Assembly (NCBI GenBank): GCA_964057225.1 | Contig: OZ059894.1 | Coordinates: 3,348,001 to 3,412,000 of the forward strand | From: Auanema rhodensis | Taxonomy: Eukaryota > Animalia > Nematoda | Length of the DNA stretch: 64,000 nt | Direction: 5' to 3' | In this document: positions 29,235-43,048 of the stretch, piece by piece | Numbering within the stretch: position 1 is the first letter of the stretch | Layout: each line of letters begins with the position of its first letter | The notes under the pieces: model-generated | Database searches by the model: none | The model's input: only the letters and a program-made list of their open reading frames with translations | What the model was told of the DNA's origin: nothing | Program-made: the position numbers and the translations under genes

Positions 29235-30094
29235 ATTATTGAACACGCCAGTTTGTTATTATATTTATTTTTATATTATTTTATATTATATTTGTTTATA
29301 AATATTAGGTCTTGCATGGAAATTCCTTTTGTTCACTAAAAAACACGGTACGCAATTCGGGCAACACATTGTCTGGAATAATGTTGAAGCTCCAGTTAAT
29401 TTATGCAATTAAGTTATTTTGTTAAAAGTTAGCTTTACTTTCGTAATTCATTATTGAACACGCCAGTTTGTTATTATATTTATTTTTATATTATTTTATA
29501 TTATATTTGTTTATAAGTATTAGGTCCTGCATGGAAATTCCTTTTGTTCACTAAAAAACACGGTACGCAATTCGGGCAACACATTATCTGGAATAATGTT
29601 GAAGCTCCAGTTAATTTATGCAGTTAAGTTATTTTGTAAAAAGTTAGCTTTACTTTCGTAATTCATTATTGAACACGCCAGTTTGTTATTATATTTATTT
29701 TTATATTATTTTATATTATATTTGTTTATAAGTATTAGGTCCTGCATGGAAATTCCTTTTGTTCACTAAAAAACACGGTACGCAATTCGGGCAACACATT
29801 GTCTGGAATAATGTTGAAGCTCCAGTTAATTTATGCAATTAAGTTATTTTGTTAAAAGTTAGCTTTACTTTCGTAATTCATTATTGAACACGCCAGTTTG
29901 TTATTATATTTATTTTTATATTATTTTATATTATATTTGTTTATAAGTATTAGGTCCTGCATGGAAATTCCTTTTGTTCACTAAAAAACACGGTACGCAA
30001 TTCGGGCAACACATTATCTGGAATAATGTTGAAGCTCCAGTTAATTTATGCAGTTAAGTTATTTTGTAAAAAGTTAGCTTTACTTTCGTAATTC
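29235..30094. repeat. 215-bp spacer tandem repeat, 4 units
   Basis: gaacacgccag recurs at 29241, 29456, 29671, 29886; two alternating variants (gtctgg/caatt versus atctgg/cagtt). Confidence 0.93.
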
Positions 30095-30149
30095 TTTATG
30101 ATTAAAAGTAGTGAAAGATTCAATATGTTTCTACTTTTTTATTTGGATG

Positions 30150-30919
30150 TTGATTGGAATGTAATAGTAAATTGTATTAAAACATTCACTGTTCCATTTA
30201 AAAAAAAATTGTCTTCACGTATTATATAGTAAAATTTTTAATTAGAATACACTTGACCAATTATGGATATTTCAACATCATTATAGCAAACATCTTAAAA
30301 TTAACTAAATGCACCACTTGACAAGAGTTACTCATCTCATAAGAATTACATCAATATTAAGAAGCTCAAAAAAACTAACTATAACAACAACCGATCAACT
30401 GCCATCTGTTTCAAAAATGAAATATCAATCAAAATTATTGAACACGCCAGTTTGTTATTATATTTATTTTTATATTATTTTATATTATATTTGTTTATAA
30501 ATATTAGGTCCTGCATGGAAATTCCTTTTGTTCACTAAAAAACACGGTACGCAATTCGGGCAACACATTGTCTGGAATAATGTTGAAGCTCCAGTTAATT
30601 TATGCAATTAAGTTACTTTGTTAAAAGTTAGCTTTACTTTCGTAATTCATTATTGAACACGCCAGTTTGTTATTATATTTATTTTTATATTATTTTATAT
30701 TATATTTGTTTATAAGTATTAGGTCCTGCATGGAAATTCCTTTTGTTCACTAAAAAACACGGTACGCAATTCGGGCAACACATTATCTGGAATAATGTTG
30801 AAGCTCCAGTTAATTTATGCAGTTAAGTTATTTTGTAAAAAGTTAGCTTTACTTTCGTAATTCTTTATGATTAAAAGTAGTGAAAGATTCAATATGTTTC
30901 TACTTTTTTATTTGGATGT
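30150..30919. repeat. Tandem duplicate of spacer 28951-30149, carrying two 215-bp units
   Basis: ttgattggaatgtaatag restarts at 30150 (offset 1199); 215-bp units at ~30434 and ~30649. Confidence 0.9.
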
Positions 30920-31060
30920 GACATTACTTCCTTTTTTTTATTTGTGATTTTTCGATCATCTATATTTTAGTTATTATTATTTAAATATACACAATGTATA
31001 TTTAAAACACTTTTGTAGCATCTTGTTATTATGATCATGCTCAAATGAGTTGTTGCAGGT

Positions 31061-31085
31061 TGACCTCCCTGGTCCTAGTATATAA
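31061..31085 (+). promoter_or_regulatory. Second histone-type TATA element; also at 40696-40720 and 45125-45149
   Basis: TGACCTC-cctggtc-CTAGTATATAA: same two blocks and 7-nt spacing as the H4 promoter, on the opposite strand. Confidence 0.5.
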
Positions 31086-31111
31086 TGAAGAAAATTCTTC
31101 ACTTCATCTCC

Positions 31112-32630
31112 TGGTTTGCGCGCTAACTAACATACAGGTCAGCAAAGGGAGTGGCACAATAACAGTTCATTCGTCAGCGTAAGAATAACCATGCCACCCA
31201 AGACATCCGCCAAGGGAGCTGAAGAAACGGAGAGAAGAAGAAGAGAAATTCCTGAAAGTAAGTTTTTAAGTTTTTAATGTTTAAATAATTCAAATAATTT
31301 CGAGTTGAATCAAATGTGTTTATCTATATTTTAGTTATTATTATTTAAATAAACACAATTCTTATAGTAAAGCTTCTAACCAGAGTTGGGAGAATGGGGG
31401 CGTGGTTTGCGCGCTAACTAACATATAGGTCAGCAAAGGAAGTTGTACAATAACAGTTGATTCGTCAGCGTAGGAATAACCATGCCACCCAAGCCATCCG
31501 CCAAGGGAGCTGAAGACAAAGGAGAGAAGAAGAAGAGAAATTCCTGAAAGTAAGTTTTTAATGTTTAAATAATTCAAATAATTTCAAGTTGAATCAAATG
31601 TCTTTATCTATATTTTAGTTATTATTATTTAAATATACACAATTCTTATAGTAAAGCTTCTAACCAGAGTTGGGAGAATGGGGGCGTGGTTTGCGTGCTA
31701 ACTAACATATAGGTCAGCAAAGGGAATTGTACAATAACAGTTGATACGTCAGCGTAGGAATAACCATGCCACCCAAGCCATCCGCCAAGGGAGCTGAAGA
31801 AGAGAAATTCCAGAAAGTAAGTTTATATCAATAGTTTTCATGTAAAACAGCCTTTTATGAGGAAATTTAAAGTTTTTAATGTTTAAATAATTCAAATAAT
31901 TTCAAGTTGAATCAAATGTCTTTATCTATATTTTAGTATATTATTATTTAAATATACACAATTCTTATAGTAAAGCTTCTAACCAGAGTTGGGAGAATGG
32001 GGGCGTGGTTTTCGCACTAACTAACATATAGGTCAGCAAAGGGAGTTGTACAATAACAGTTGATTCGTCAGCGTAGGAATAACCATGCCACCCAAGCCAT
32101 CCGCCAAGGGAGCTGAAGAGAAAGGAGAGAAGAAGAAGAGAAATTCCTGAAAGTGAGTTTTCAAGTTTTTAATGTTTAAATAATTCAAATAATTTCAAGT
32201 TGAATCAAATGTCTTTATCTATATTTTAGTTATTATTATTCAAATATACACAATTCTTATAGTAAAGCTTCTAACCAGAGTTGGGAGAATGGGGGCGTGG
32301 TTTGCGCGCTAACTATCATATAGGTCAGCAAAGGGAGTTGTACAATAACAGTTGATTCGTCAGCGTAGGAATAACCATGCCACCCAAGCCATCCGCCAAG
32401 GGAGCTGAAGAAAAGGAGAGAAGAAGAAGAGAAATTCCTGAAAGTAAGTTTTTAAGTTTTTAATGTTTAAATAATTCAAATAATTTCAAGTTGATTCAAA
32501 TGTCTTTATCTATATCTTAGTTATTATTATTTAAATATACATAATTTTTGTAGTAAAGCTTCTAACCAGAGTTGGGAGAATGGGTAAGGATAAGCTTCTA
32601 ACCAGAGTTGGGAGAATGGGGGAGTGGTTT
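31112..32630 (+). repeat. H2B promoter/5'-end-derived tandem repeat, 5 units (284-319 bp)
   Basis: accATGCCACCCAAG at 31191, 31482, 31766, 32085, 32377. Confidence 0.9.
32085..32150 (+). pseudogene. H2B: Histone H2B N-terminal fragment (representative unit; ~55 such units in the window)
   Basis: Translates MPPKPSAKGAEEKGEKKKRNS*. MPPKPSAKGA is an invertebrate/nematode-type H2B N-terminus, and KKKRNS*K resembles the basic patch before RKESY; no histone fold follows. Confidence 0.75.
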
Positions 32631-35600
32631 CGAATGCACTATACCACATTAAGAAACGCTCAATACAAGACTTAGTTATGATCGTTTGAAAAATGATGCA
32701 TTACTGTATGTTGAGTTTCAATGTACACTCAACATTGCTTCCAAAAACATTTTGACAAAAATTTTCCCGGAAAATTTCAAAATAATTTCACGAAAAGTAG
32801 ATGTTTTTGGATTTCTTTTCTCGAGGCGAAGATGATGGACAATGTTATTCAGCGAAAAAATAAACTCTTCAGGGTGAAAATCGAGGATATAAGTGTGAAC
32901 CTATATCAGTTGATATCTCGGTGCATTTTTAAGCTAGCGCAAATCTGATAACACAGATCGACGCAGCTCAAAAATCTACATCGAATGCACTATACTTCAT
33001 TAAGAAATGCTCAATACCAAAATTAGTTATGATCGTTTGGAAAATGATGCATTACTGTATGTTGAGTTTCAATGTACACTCAACATTGCTTTCAAAAACA
33101 TTTTGACAAAAATTTTCCCGAAAAATTTCGAAATAATTTCACGAAAAGTAGATGTTTTTAGATTCCCTTTTTCGAGGCGAAGATGATGGACAATGTTATT
33201 CAGCGAAAAAATAAACTCTTCAGGGTGAAAATCGAGGATATAAGTGTGAACATATATCAGTTGATATCTCGGTGCATTTTTAAGCTAGCGCAAATCTGAT
33301 AACACAGATCGACGCAGCTCAAAAATCTACATCGAATGCACTATACTTCATTGAGAAATACTCAATACAAAAATTAGTTATGATCGTTTGAAAAATGATG
33401 CATTATTGTATGTTGAGTTTCCATGTACACTCAACATTGCTTCCAAAAACATTTTGACAAAAATTTTCCCGGAAAATTTCAAAATAATTTCACGAAAAGT
33501 AGATGTTTTTAGATTTCTTTTTTCGAGGCGAAGATGATGGACAATGTTATTCAGCGAAAAAATAAACTCTTCAGGGTGAAAATCGAGGATATAAGTGTGA
33601 ACATATATCAGTTGATATCTCGGTGCATTTTTAAGCTAGCGCAAATCTGATAACACAGATCGACGCAGCTCAAAAATCTACATCGAATGCACTATACTTC
33701 ATTAAGAAATGCTCAATACCAAAATTAGTTATGATCGTTTGGAAAATGATGCATTACTGTATGTTGAGTTTCAATGTACACTCAACATTGCTTTCAAAAA
33801 CATTTTGACAAAAATTTTCCCGAAAAATTTCGAAATAATTTCACGAAAAGTAGATGTTTTTAGATTCCTTTTTTCAAGGCGAAGACGATGGACAATGTTA
33901 TTCAGCGAAAAAATTAACTCTTCAGGGTGAAAATCGAGGATATAAGTGTGAACCGATATCAGTTGATATCTCGGTGCATTTTTAAGCTAGCGCAAATATG
34001 GTAACATAGATCGACGCAGCTTAAAAATCCGCATTGAATGCACTATACTACATTGAGAAAAGCTTTATACACAAATTAGTTATGATCGTTTGAAAAATGA
34101 TGCATTACTGTATGTTGAGTTTCCATGTACACTCAACATTGCTTCCAAAAACATTTTGACAAAAATTTTCCCGGAAAATTTCAAAATAATTTCACGAAAA
34201 GTAGATGTTTTTAGATTTCTTTTTTCGAGGCGAAGATGATGGACAATGTTATTCAGCGAAAAAATAAACTCTTCAGGGTGAAAATCGAGGATATAAGTGT
34301 GAACATATATCAGTTGATATCTCGGTGCATTTTTAAGCTAGCGCAAATCTGATAACACAGATCGACGCAGCTCAAAAATCTACATCGAATGCACTATACT
34401 TCATTAAGAAATGCTCAATACCAAAATTAGTTATGATCGTTTGGAAAATGATGCATTACTGTATGTTGAGTTTCAATGTACACTCAACATTGCTTTCAAA
34501 AACATTTTGACAAAAATTTTCCCGAAAAATTTCGAAATAATTTCACGAAAAGTAGATGTTTTTAGATTCCTTTTTTCAAGGCGAAGACGATGGACAATGT
34601 TATTCAGCGAAAAAATTAACTCTTCAGGGTGAAAATCGAGGATATAAGTGTGAACCGATATCAGTTGATATCTCGGTGCATTTTTAAGCTAGCGCAAATA
34701 TGGTAACATAGATCGACGCAGCTCAAAAATCTACATCGAATGCACTATACTTCATTAAGAAATGCTCAATACCAAAATTAGTTATGATCGTTTGGAAAAT
34801 GATGCATTACTGTATGTTGAGTTTCAATGTACACTCAACATTGCTTTCAAAAACATTTTGACAAAAATTTTCCCGAAAAATTTCGAAATAATTTCACGAA
34901 AAGTAGATGTTTTTAGATTCCTTTTTTCAAGGCGAAGACGATGGACAATGTTATTCAGCGAAAAAATTAACTCTTCAGGGTGAAAATCGAGGATATAAGT
35001 GTGAACCGATATCAGTTGATATCTCGGTGCATTTTTAAGCTAGCGCAAATATGGTAACATAGATCGACGCAGCTTAAAAATCCGCATTGAATGCACTATA
35101 CTACATTGAGAAAAGCTTTATACAAAAATTAGTTATGATCGTTTGAAAAATGATGCATTACTGTATGTTGAGTTTCCATGTACACTCAACATTGCTTCCA
35201 AAAACATTTTGACAAAAATTTTCCCGGAAAATTTCAAAATAATTTCACGAAAAGTAGATGTTTTTAGATTTCTTTTTTCGAGGCGAAGATGATGGACAAT
35301 GTTATTCAGCGAAAAAATTAGTTCTTCAGGGTGAAAATCGAGGATATAGGTGTGAACATATATCAGTTGATATCTCGGTGCATTTTTAAGCTAGCGCAAA
35401 TCTGATAACACAGATCGACGCAGCTCAAAAATCTACATCGAATGCACTATACTTCATTAAGAAATGCTCAATACCAAAATTAGTTATGATCGTTTGGAAA
35501 ATGATGCATTACTGTATGTTGAGTTTCAATGTACACTCAACATTGCTTTCAAAAACATTTTGACAAAAATTTTCCCGAAAAATTTCGAAATAATTTCACG

Positions 35601-38600
35601 AAAAGTAGATGTTTTTAGATTCCTTTTTTCAAGGCGAAGACGATGGACAATGTTATTCAGCGAAAAAATTAACTCTTCAGGGTGAAAATCGAGGATATAA
35701 GTGTGAACCGATATCAGTTGATATCTCGGTGCATTTTTAAGCTAGCGCAAATATGGTAACATAGATCGACGCAGCTCAAAAATCTACATCGAATGCACTA
35801 TACTTCATTAAGAAATGCTCAATACCAAAATTAGTTATGATCGTTTGGAAAATGATGCATTACTGTATGTTGAGTTTCAATGTACACTCAACATTGCTTT
35901 CAAAAACATTTTGACAAAAATTTTCCCGAAAAATTTCGAAATAATTTCACGAAAAGTAGATGTTTTTAGATTCCTTTTTTCAAGGCGAAGACGATGGACA
36001 ATGTTATTCAGCGAAAAAATTAACTCTTCAGGGTGAAAATCGAGGATATAAGTGTGAACCGATATCAGTTGATATCTCGGTGCATTTTTAAGCTAGCGCA
36101 AATATGGTAACATAGATCGACGCAGCTTAAAAATCCGCATTGAATGCACTATACTACATTGAGAAAAGCTTTATACAAAAATTAGTTATGATCGTTTGAA
36201 AAATGATGCATTACTGTATGTTGAGTTTCCATGTACACTCAACATTGCTTCCAAAAACATTTTGACAAAAATTTTCCCGGAAAATTTCAAAATAATTTCA
36301 CGAAAAGTAGATGTTTTTAGATTTCTTTTTTCGAGGCGAAGATGATGGACAATGTTATTCAGCGAAAAAATTAGTTCTTCAGGGTGAAAATCGAGGATAT
36401 AGGTGTGAACTTATATCAGTTGATATCTCGGTGCATTTTTAAGCTAGCGCAAATATGGTAACACAGATCGACGCAGCTTAAAAATCCGCATCGAATGCAC
36501 TATACTACATTGAGAAACGCTTAATATAAAAATTAGTTATGATCGTTTGAAAAATGATGCATTAGTGTATGTTGAGTTTCCATGTACACTCAACATTGCT
36601 TCCAAAAACATTTTGACAAAAATTTTTTTCGAAAAATTTCAAATTAGTTTAGCAAAAAGTAGATGTTTTTAGATTCCTTTTTTCAAGGCAAAAACGATGG
36701 ACAATGTTATTCAACGAAAAAAGTAAATCTTCAGGGTGAAAATCGAGGATACAAGTGTGAACATATATCAGTTGATTTCTCGGTGCATTTTTAAGCTAGC
36801 GCAAATATGATAACATAGATCGACGCAGCTTAAAAATCCGCATTGAATGCACTATACTACATTGAGAAAAGCTTAATACAAAAATTAGTTATGATCGTTT
36901 GAAAAATGATGCATTACTGTATGTTGAGTTTCAATGTACACTCAACATTGCTTCCAAAAACATTTTGACAAAAATTTTCCCGAAAAATTTCTAGATAATT
37001 TCACAAAAAGTAGATGTTTTTAGATTCCTTTTTTCAAGGCGAAGACGATGGACAATGTTATTCAGCGAAAAAATTAACTCTTCAGGGTGAAAATCGAGGA
37101 TATAGGTGTGAACCGATATCAGTTGATATCTCGGTGCATTTTTAAGCTAGCGCAAATATGGTAACATAGATCGACGCAGCTTAAAAATCTACATCGAATG
37201 CACTATACTTCATTAAGAAATGCTCAATACCAAAATTAGTTATGATCGTTTGGAAAATGATGCATTACTGTATGTTGAGTTTCAATGTACACTCAACATT
37301 GCTTTCAAAAACATTTTGACAAAAATTTTCCCGAAAAATTTCGAAATAATTTCACGAAAAGTAGATGTTTTTAGATTCCTTTTTTCAAGGCGAAGACGAT
37401 GGACAATGTTATTCAGCGAAAAAATTAACTCTTCAGGGTGAAAATCGAGGATATAAGTGTGAACCGATATCAGTTGATATCTCGGTGCATTTTTAAGCTA
37501 GCGCAAATATGGTAACATAGATCGACGCAGCTTAAAAATCCGCATTGAATGCACTATACTACATTGAGAAAAGCTTTATACAAAAATTAGTTATGATCGT
37601 TTGAAAAATGATGCATTACTGTATGTTGAGTTTCCATGTACACTCAACATTGCTTCCAAAAACATTTTGACAAAAATTTTCCCGGAAAATTTCAAAATAA
37701 TTTCACGAAAAGTAGATGTTTTTAGATTTCTTTTTTCGAGGCGAAGATGATGGACAATGTTATTCAGCGAAAAAATTAGTTCTTCAGGGTGAAAATCGAG
37801 GATATAGGTGTGAACTTATATCAGTTGATATCTCGGTGCATTTTTAAGCTAGCGCAAATATGGTAACACAGATCGACGCAGCTTAAAAATCCGCATCGAA
37901 TGCACTATACTACATTGAGAAACGCTTAATATAAAAATTAGTTATGATCGTTTGAAAAATGATGCATTAGTGTATGTTGAGTTTCCATGTACACTCAACA
38001 TTGCTTCCAAAAACATTTTGACAAAAATTTTTTTCGAAAAATTTCAAATTAGTTTAGCAAAAAGTAGATGTTTTTAGATTCCTTTTTTCAAGACAAAAAC
38101 GATGGACAATGTTATTCAACGAAAAAAGTAAATCTTCAGGGTGAAAATCGAGGATACAAGTGTGAACATATATCAGTTGATTTCTCGGTGCATTTTTAAG
38201 CTAGCGCAAATATGATAACATAGATCGACGCAGCTTAAAAATCCGCATTGAATGCACTATACTACATTGAGAAAAGCTTAATACAAAAATTAGTTATGAT
38301 CGTTTGAAAAATGATGCATTACTGTATGTTGAGTTTCCATGTACACTCAACATTGCTTCCAAAAACATTTTGACAAAAATTTTCCCGAAAAATTTCTAGA
38401 TAATTTCACAAAAAGTAGATGTTTTTAGATTCCTTTTTTCAAGGCGAAGACGACGGACAATGTTATTCAACGTAAAAATTAGTTTTTTAGGGTGAAAATC
38501 GAGGATATAGGTGTGAACTTATATCAGTTGATATCTTGTTGCATTTTTAAGCTACCGCAAATCTGATAACACAGATCGACGCAGCTTAAAAATCCGCATC

Positions 38601-38604
38601 GAAT
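32631..38604. repeat. 351-bp satellite array (block 2), 17 monomers
   Basis: 5974 bp = 17x351 + two 1-bp T insertions + 5-bp duplicated site. Confidence 0.97.
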
Positions 38605-38619
38605 AAGGAAAACCTTGAC

Positions 38620-38808
38620 AAGGAAAACCTTGAGAACTCCACGAGTCTTTTCATAGATGAGTCGAGAGATACGCTTTACTCCACCACGACGAGCAAGACG
38701 ACGGATAGCAGGCTTGTTTATACCTTGGATGTTATCACGGAGAACCTTACGATGGCGTTTGGCTTCTCCCTTTCCAAGACCTTTTCCTCCTTTAACACGT
38801 CCAGACAT
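38620..38808 (-). pseudogene. H4: Histone H4, truncated (copy 2)
   Basis: Translation identical to copy 1. Confidence 0.93.
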
Positions 38809-39244
38809 GCTGATCGAGCTGTGTGTTGAATAGTAACCCTAGCATTTACCTTATATACTAGTGCTGTAGAGGTCACCGCGCAAAAACCCATTGTAATCGC
38901 CACCAAGCATATTGGCGCTTAATTTTGCTGCTCAATTCTAAAAATGTATTTTTAAATTTCATATAAACGATAAGAATAACATAAACAACTGTTTATTTGC
39001 GAACAAACGTAGAATAGAAGCATGTGAGGCATTAGATATGATAACTGTTGTTGTTATCAACATGAAAGCATAATTAATGAAATTCATAAAAAAAAATGAA
39101 GATGGATATGGAATATCAAAGACAGGGATTCTCCTTTACATAACAACAAAACATATCATATCAATTAACATTACATAGCAAAAAAAGACAAGACAGACAC
39201 AGTATTATATTATAAATCATTATGAATACATCAAATTTAAGTGT

Positions 39245-39260
39245 GGCCCTGAAGAGGGCC
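39245..39260 (-). other. Histone 3' stem-loop (copy 2)
   Basis: GGCCCTCTTCAGGGCC on the minus strand downstream of H3. Confidence 0.93.
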
Positions 39261-39286
39261 GTTGGGTTATGTAACGTTTCAAGTGC

Positions 39287-39790
<504 letters not shown>

Positions 39791-40173
39791 TCACTATTTT
39801 GGTATTTTGACTATAAATATATTAAATCGGATCATAGCTACATAAATAAAGTGTTACAGTAATAAGGACAAAAACTTAGTAACTGTGCGTTGATTGGAAT
39901 GTAATAGTAAATTGTATTAAAACATTCACTGTTCCATTTAAAAAATAATTGTCTTCACGTATTATATAGTAAAATTTTTAATTAGAATACACTTGACCAA
40001 TTATGGATATTTCAACATCATTATAGCAAACATCTTAAAATTAACTAAATGCACCACTTGACAAGAGTTACTCATCTCATAAGAATTACATCAATATTAA
40101 GAAGCTCAAAAAAACTAACTATAACAACAACCGATCAACTGCCATCTGTTTCAAAAATGAAATATCAATCAAA

Positions 40174-40521
40174 ATTATTGAACACGCCAGTTTGTTATTA
40201 TATTTATTTTTATATTATTTTATATTATATTTGTTTATAAATATTAGGTCCTGCATGGAAATTCCTTTTGTTCACTAAAAAACACGGTACGCAATTCGGG
40301 CAACACATTGTCTGGAATAATGTTGAAGCTCCAGTTAATTTATGCAATTAAGTTATTTTGTTAAAAGTTAGCTTTACTTTCGTAATTCATTATTGAACAC
40401 GCCAGTTTGTTATTATATTTATTTTTATATTATTTTATATTATATTTGTTTATAAGTATTAGGTCCTGCATGGAAATTCCTTTTGTTCACTAAAAAACAC
40501 GGTACGCAATTCGGGCAACAC
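40174..40521. repeat. 215-bp spacer repeat, ~1.6 units, followed by T15
   Basis: Second unit breaks at gggcaacac and is followed by T15 (40522-40536). Confidence 0.85.
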
Positions 40522-40746
40522 TTTTTTTTTTTTTTTACTTTTTTATTTGGATGTGACATTACTTCCTTTTTTTTATTTGTGATTTTTCGATCATCTATAT
40601 TTTAGTTATTATTATTTAAATATACACAATGTATATTTAAAACACTTTTGTAGCATCTTGTTATTATGATCATGCTCAAATGAGTTGTTGCAGGTTGACC
40701 TCCCTGGTCCTAGTATATAATGAAGAAAATTCTTCACTTCATCTCC

Positions 40747-41974
40747 TGGTTTGCGCGCTAACTAACATACAGGTCAGCAAAGGGAGTGGCACAATAACAG
40801 TTCATTCGTCAGCGTAAGAATAACCATGCCACCCAAGACATCCGCCAAGGGAGCTGAAGAAACGGAGAGAAGAAGAAGAGAAATTCCTGAAAGTAAGTTT
40901 TTAAGTTTTTAATGTTTAAATAATTCAAATAATTTCGAGTTGAATCAAATGTGTTTATCTATATTTTAGTTATTATTATTTAAATAAACACAATTCTTAT
41001 AGTAAAGCTTCTAACCAGAGTTGGGAGAATGGGGGCGTGGTTTGCGCGCTAACTAACATATAGGTCAGCAAAGGAAGTTGTACAATAACAGTTGATTCGT
41101 CAGCGTAGGAATAACCATGCCACCCAAGCCATCCGCCAAGGGAGCTGAAGACAAAGGAGAGAAGAAGAAGAGAAATTCCTGAAAGTAAGTTTTTAATGTT
41201 TAAATAATTCAAATAATTTCAAGTTGAATCAAATGTCTTTATCTATATTTTAGTTATTATTATTTAAATATACACAATTCTTATAGTAAAGCTTCTAACC
41301 AGAGTTGGGAGAATGGGGGCGTGGTTTGCGTGCTAACTAACATATAGGTCAGCAAAGGGAATTGTACAATAACAGTTGATACGTCAGCGTAGGAATAACC
41401 ATGCCACCCAAGCCATCCGCCAAGGGAGCTGAAGAAGAGAAATTCCAGAAAGTAAGTTTATATCAATAGTTTTCATGTAAAACAGCCTTTTATGAGGAAA
41501 TTTAAAGTTTTTAATGTTTAAATAATTCAAATAATTTCAAGTTGAATCAAATGTCTTTATCTATATTTTAGTATATTATTATTTAAATATACACAATTCT
41601 TATAGTAAAGCTTCTAACCAGAGTTGGGAGAATGGGGGCGTGGTTTTCGCACTAACTAACATATAGGTCAGCAAAGGGAGTTGTACAATAACAGTTGATT
41701 CGTCAGCGTAGGAATAACCATGCCACCCAAGCCATCCGCCAAGGGAGCTGAAGAGAAAGGAGAGAAGAAGAAGAGAAATTCCTGAAAGTAAGTTTTTAAG
41801 TTTTTAATGTTTAAATAATTCAAATAATTTCAAGTTGATTCAAATGTCTTTATCTATATCTTAGTTATTATTATTTAAATATACATAATTTTTGTAGTAA
41901 AGCTTCTAACCAGAGTTGGGAGAATGGGTAAGGATAAGCTTCTAACCAGAGTTGGGAGAATGGGGGAGTGGTTT
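40747..41974 (+). repeat. H2B-derived tandem repeat, 4 units
   Basis: ATGCCACCCAAG at 40826, 41117, 41401, 41720. Confidence 0.9.
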
Positions 41975-43033
41975 CGAATGCACTATACCACATTAAGAAA
42001 CGCTCAATACAAGACTTAGTTATGATCGTTTGAAAAATGATGCATTACTGTATGTTGAGTTTCCATGTACACTCAACATTGCTTCCAAAAACATTTTGAC
42101 AAAAATTTTCCCGGAAAATTTCAAAATAATTTCACGAAAAGTAGATGTTTTTAGATTTCTTTTTTCGAGGCGAAGATGATGGACAATGTTATTCAGCGAA
42201 AAAATTAGTTCTTCAGGGTGAAAATCGAGGATATAGGTGTGAACTTATATCAGTTGATATCTCGGTGCATTTTTAAGCTAGCGCAAATATGGTAACACAG
42301 ATCGACGCAGCTTAAAAATCCGCATCGAATGCACTATACTACATTGAGAAACGCTTAATATAAAAATTAGTTATGATCGTTTGAAAAATGATGCATTAGT
42401 GTATGTTGAGTTTCCATGTACACTCAACATTGCTTCCAAAAACATTTTGACAAAAATTTTTTTCGAAAAATTTCAAATTAGTTTAGCAAAAAGTAGATGT
42501 TTTTAGATTCCTTTTTTCAAGACAAAAACGATGGACAATGTTATTCAACGAAAAAAGTAAATCTTCAGGGTGAAAATCGAGGATACAAGTGTGAACATAT
42601 ATCAGTTGATTTCTCGGTGCATTTTTAAGCTAGCGCAAATATGATAACATAGATCGACGCAGCTTAAAAATCCGCATTGAATGCACTATACTACATTGAG
42701 AAAAGCTTAATACAAAAATTAGTTATGATCGTTTGAAAAATGATGCATTACTGTATGTTGAGTTTCCATGTACACTCAACATTGCTTCCAAAAACATTTT
42801 GACAAAAATTTTCCCGAAAAATTTCTAGATAATTTCACAAAAAGTAGATGTTTTTAGATTCCTTTTTTCAAGGCGAAGACGACGGACAATGTTATTCAAC
42901 GTAAAAATTAGTTTTTTAGGGTGAAAATCGAGGATATAGGTGTGAACTTATATCAGTTGATATCTTGTTGCATTTTTAAGCTACCGCAAATCTGATAACA
43001 CAGATCGACGCAGCTTAAAAATCCGCATCGAAT
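41975..43033. repeat. 351-bp satellite (block 3), 3 monomers
   Basis: 1059 bp = 3x351 + 1 + 5. Confidence 0.96.
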
Positions 43034-43048
43034 AAGGAAAACCTTGAC

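Noticed and set aside
29110-31577. 63-aa MHHLTRV... and 71-aa MNYLNIK... ORFs
   Set aside because: Low-complexity spacer ORF and antisense frame of the H2B-derived repeat; the latter is not kept open in other units.
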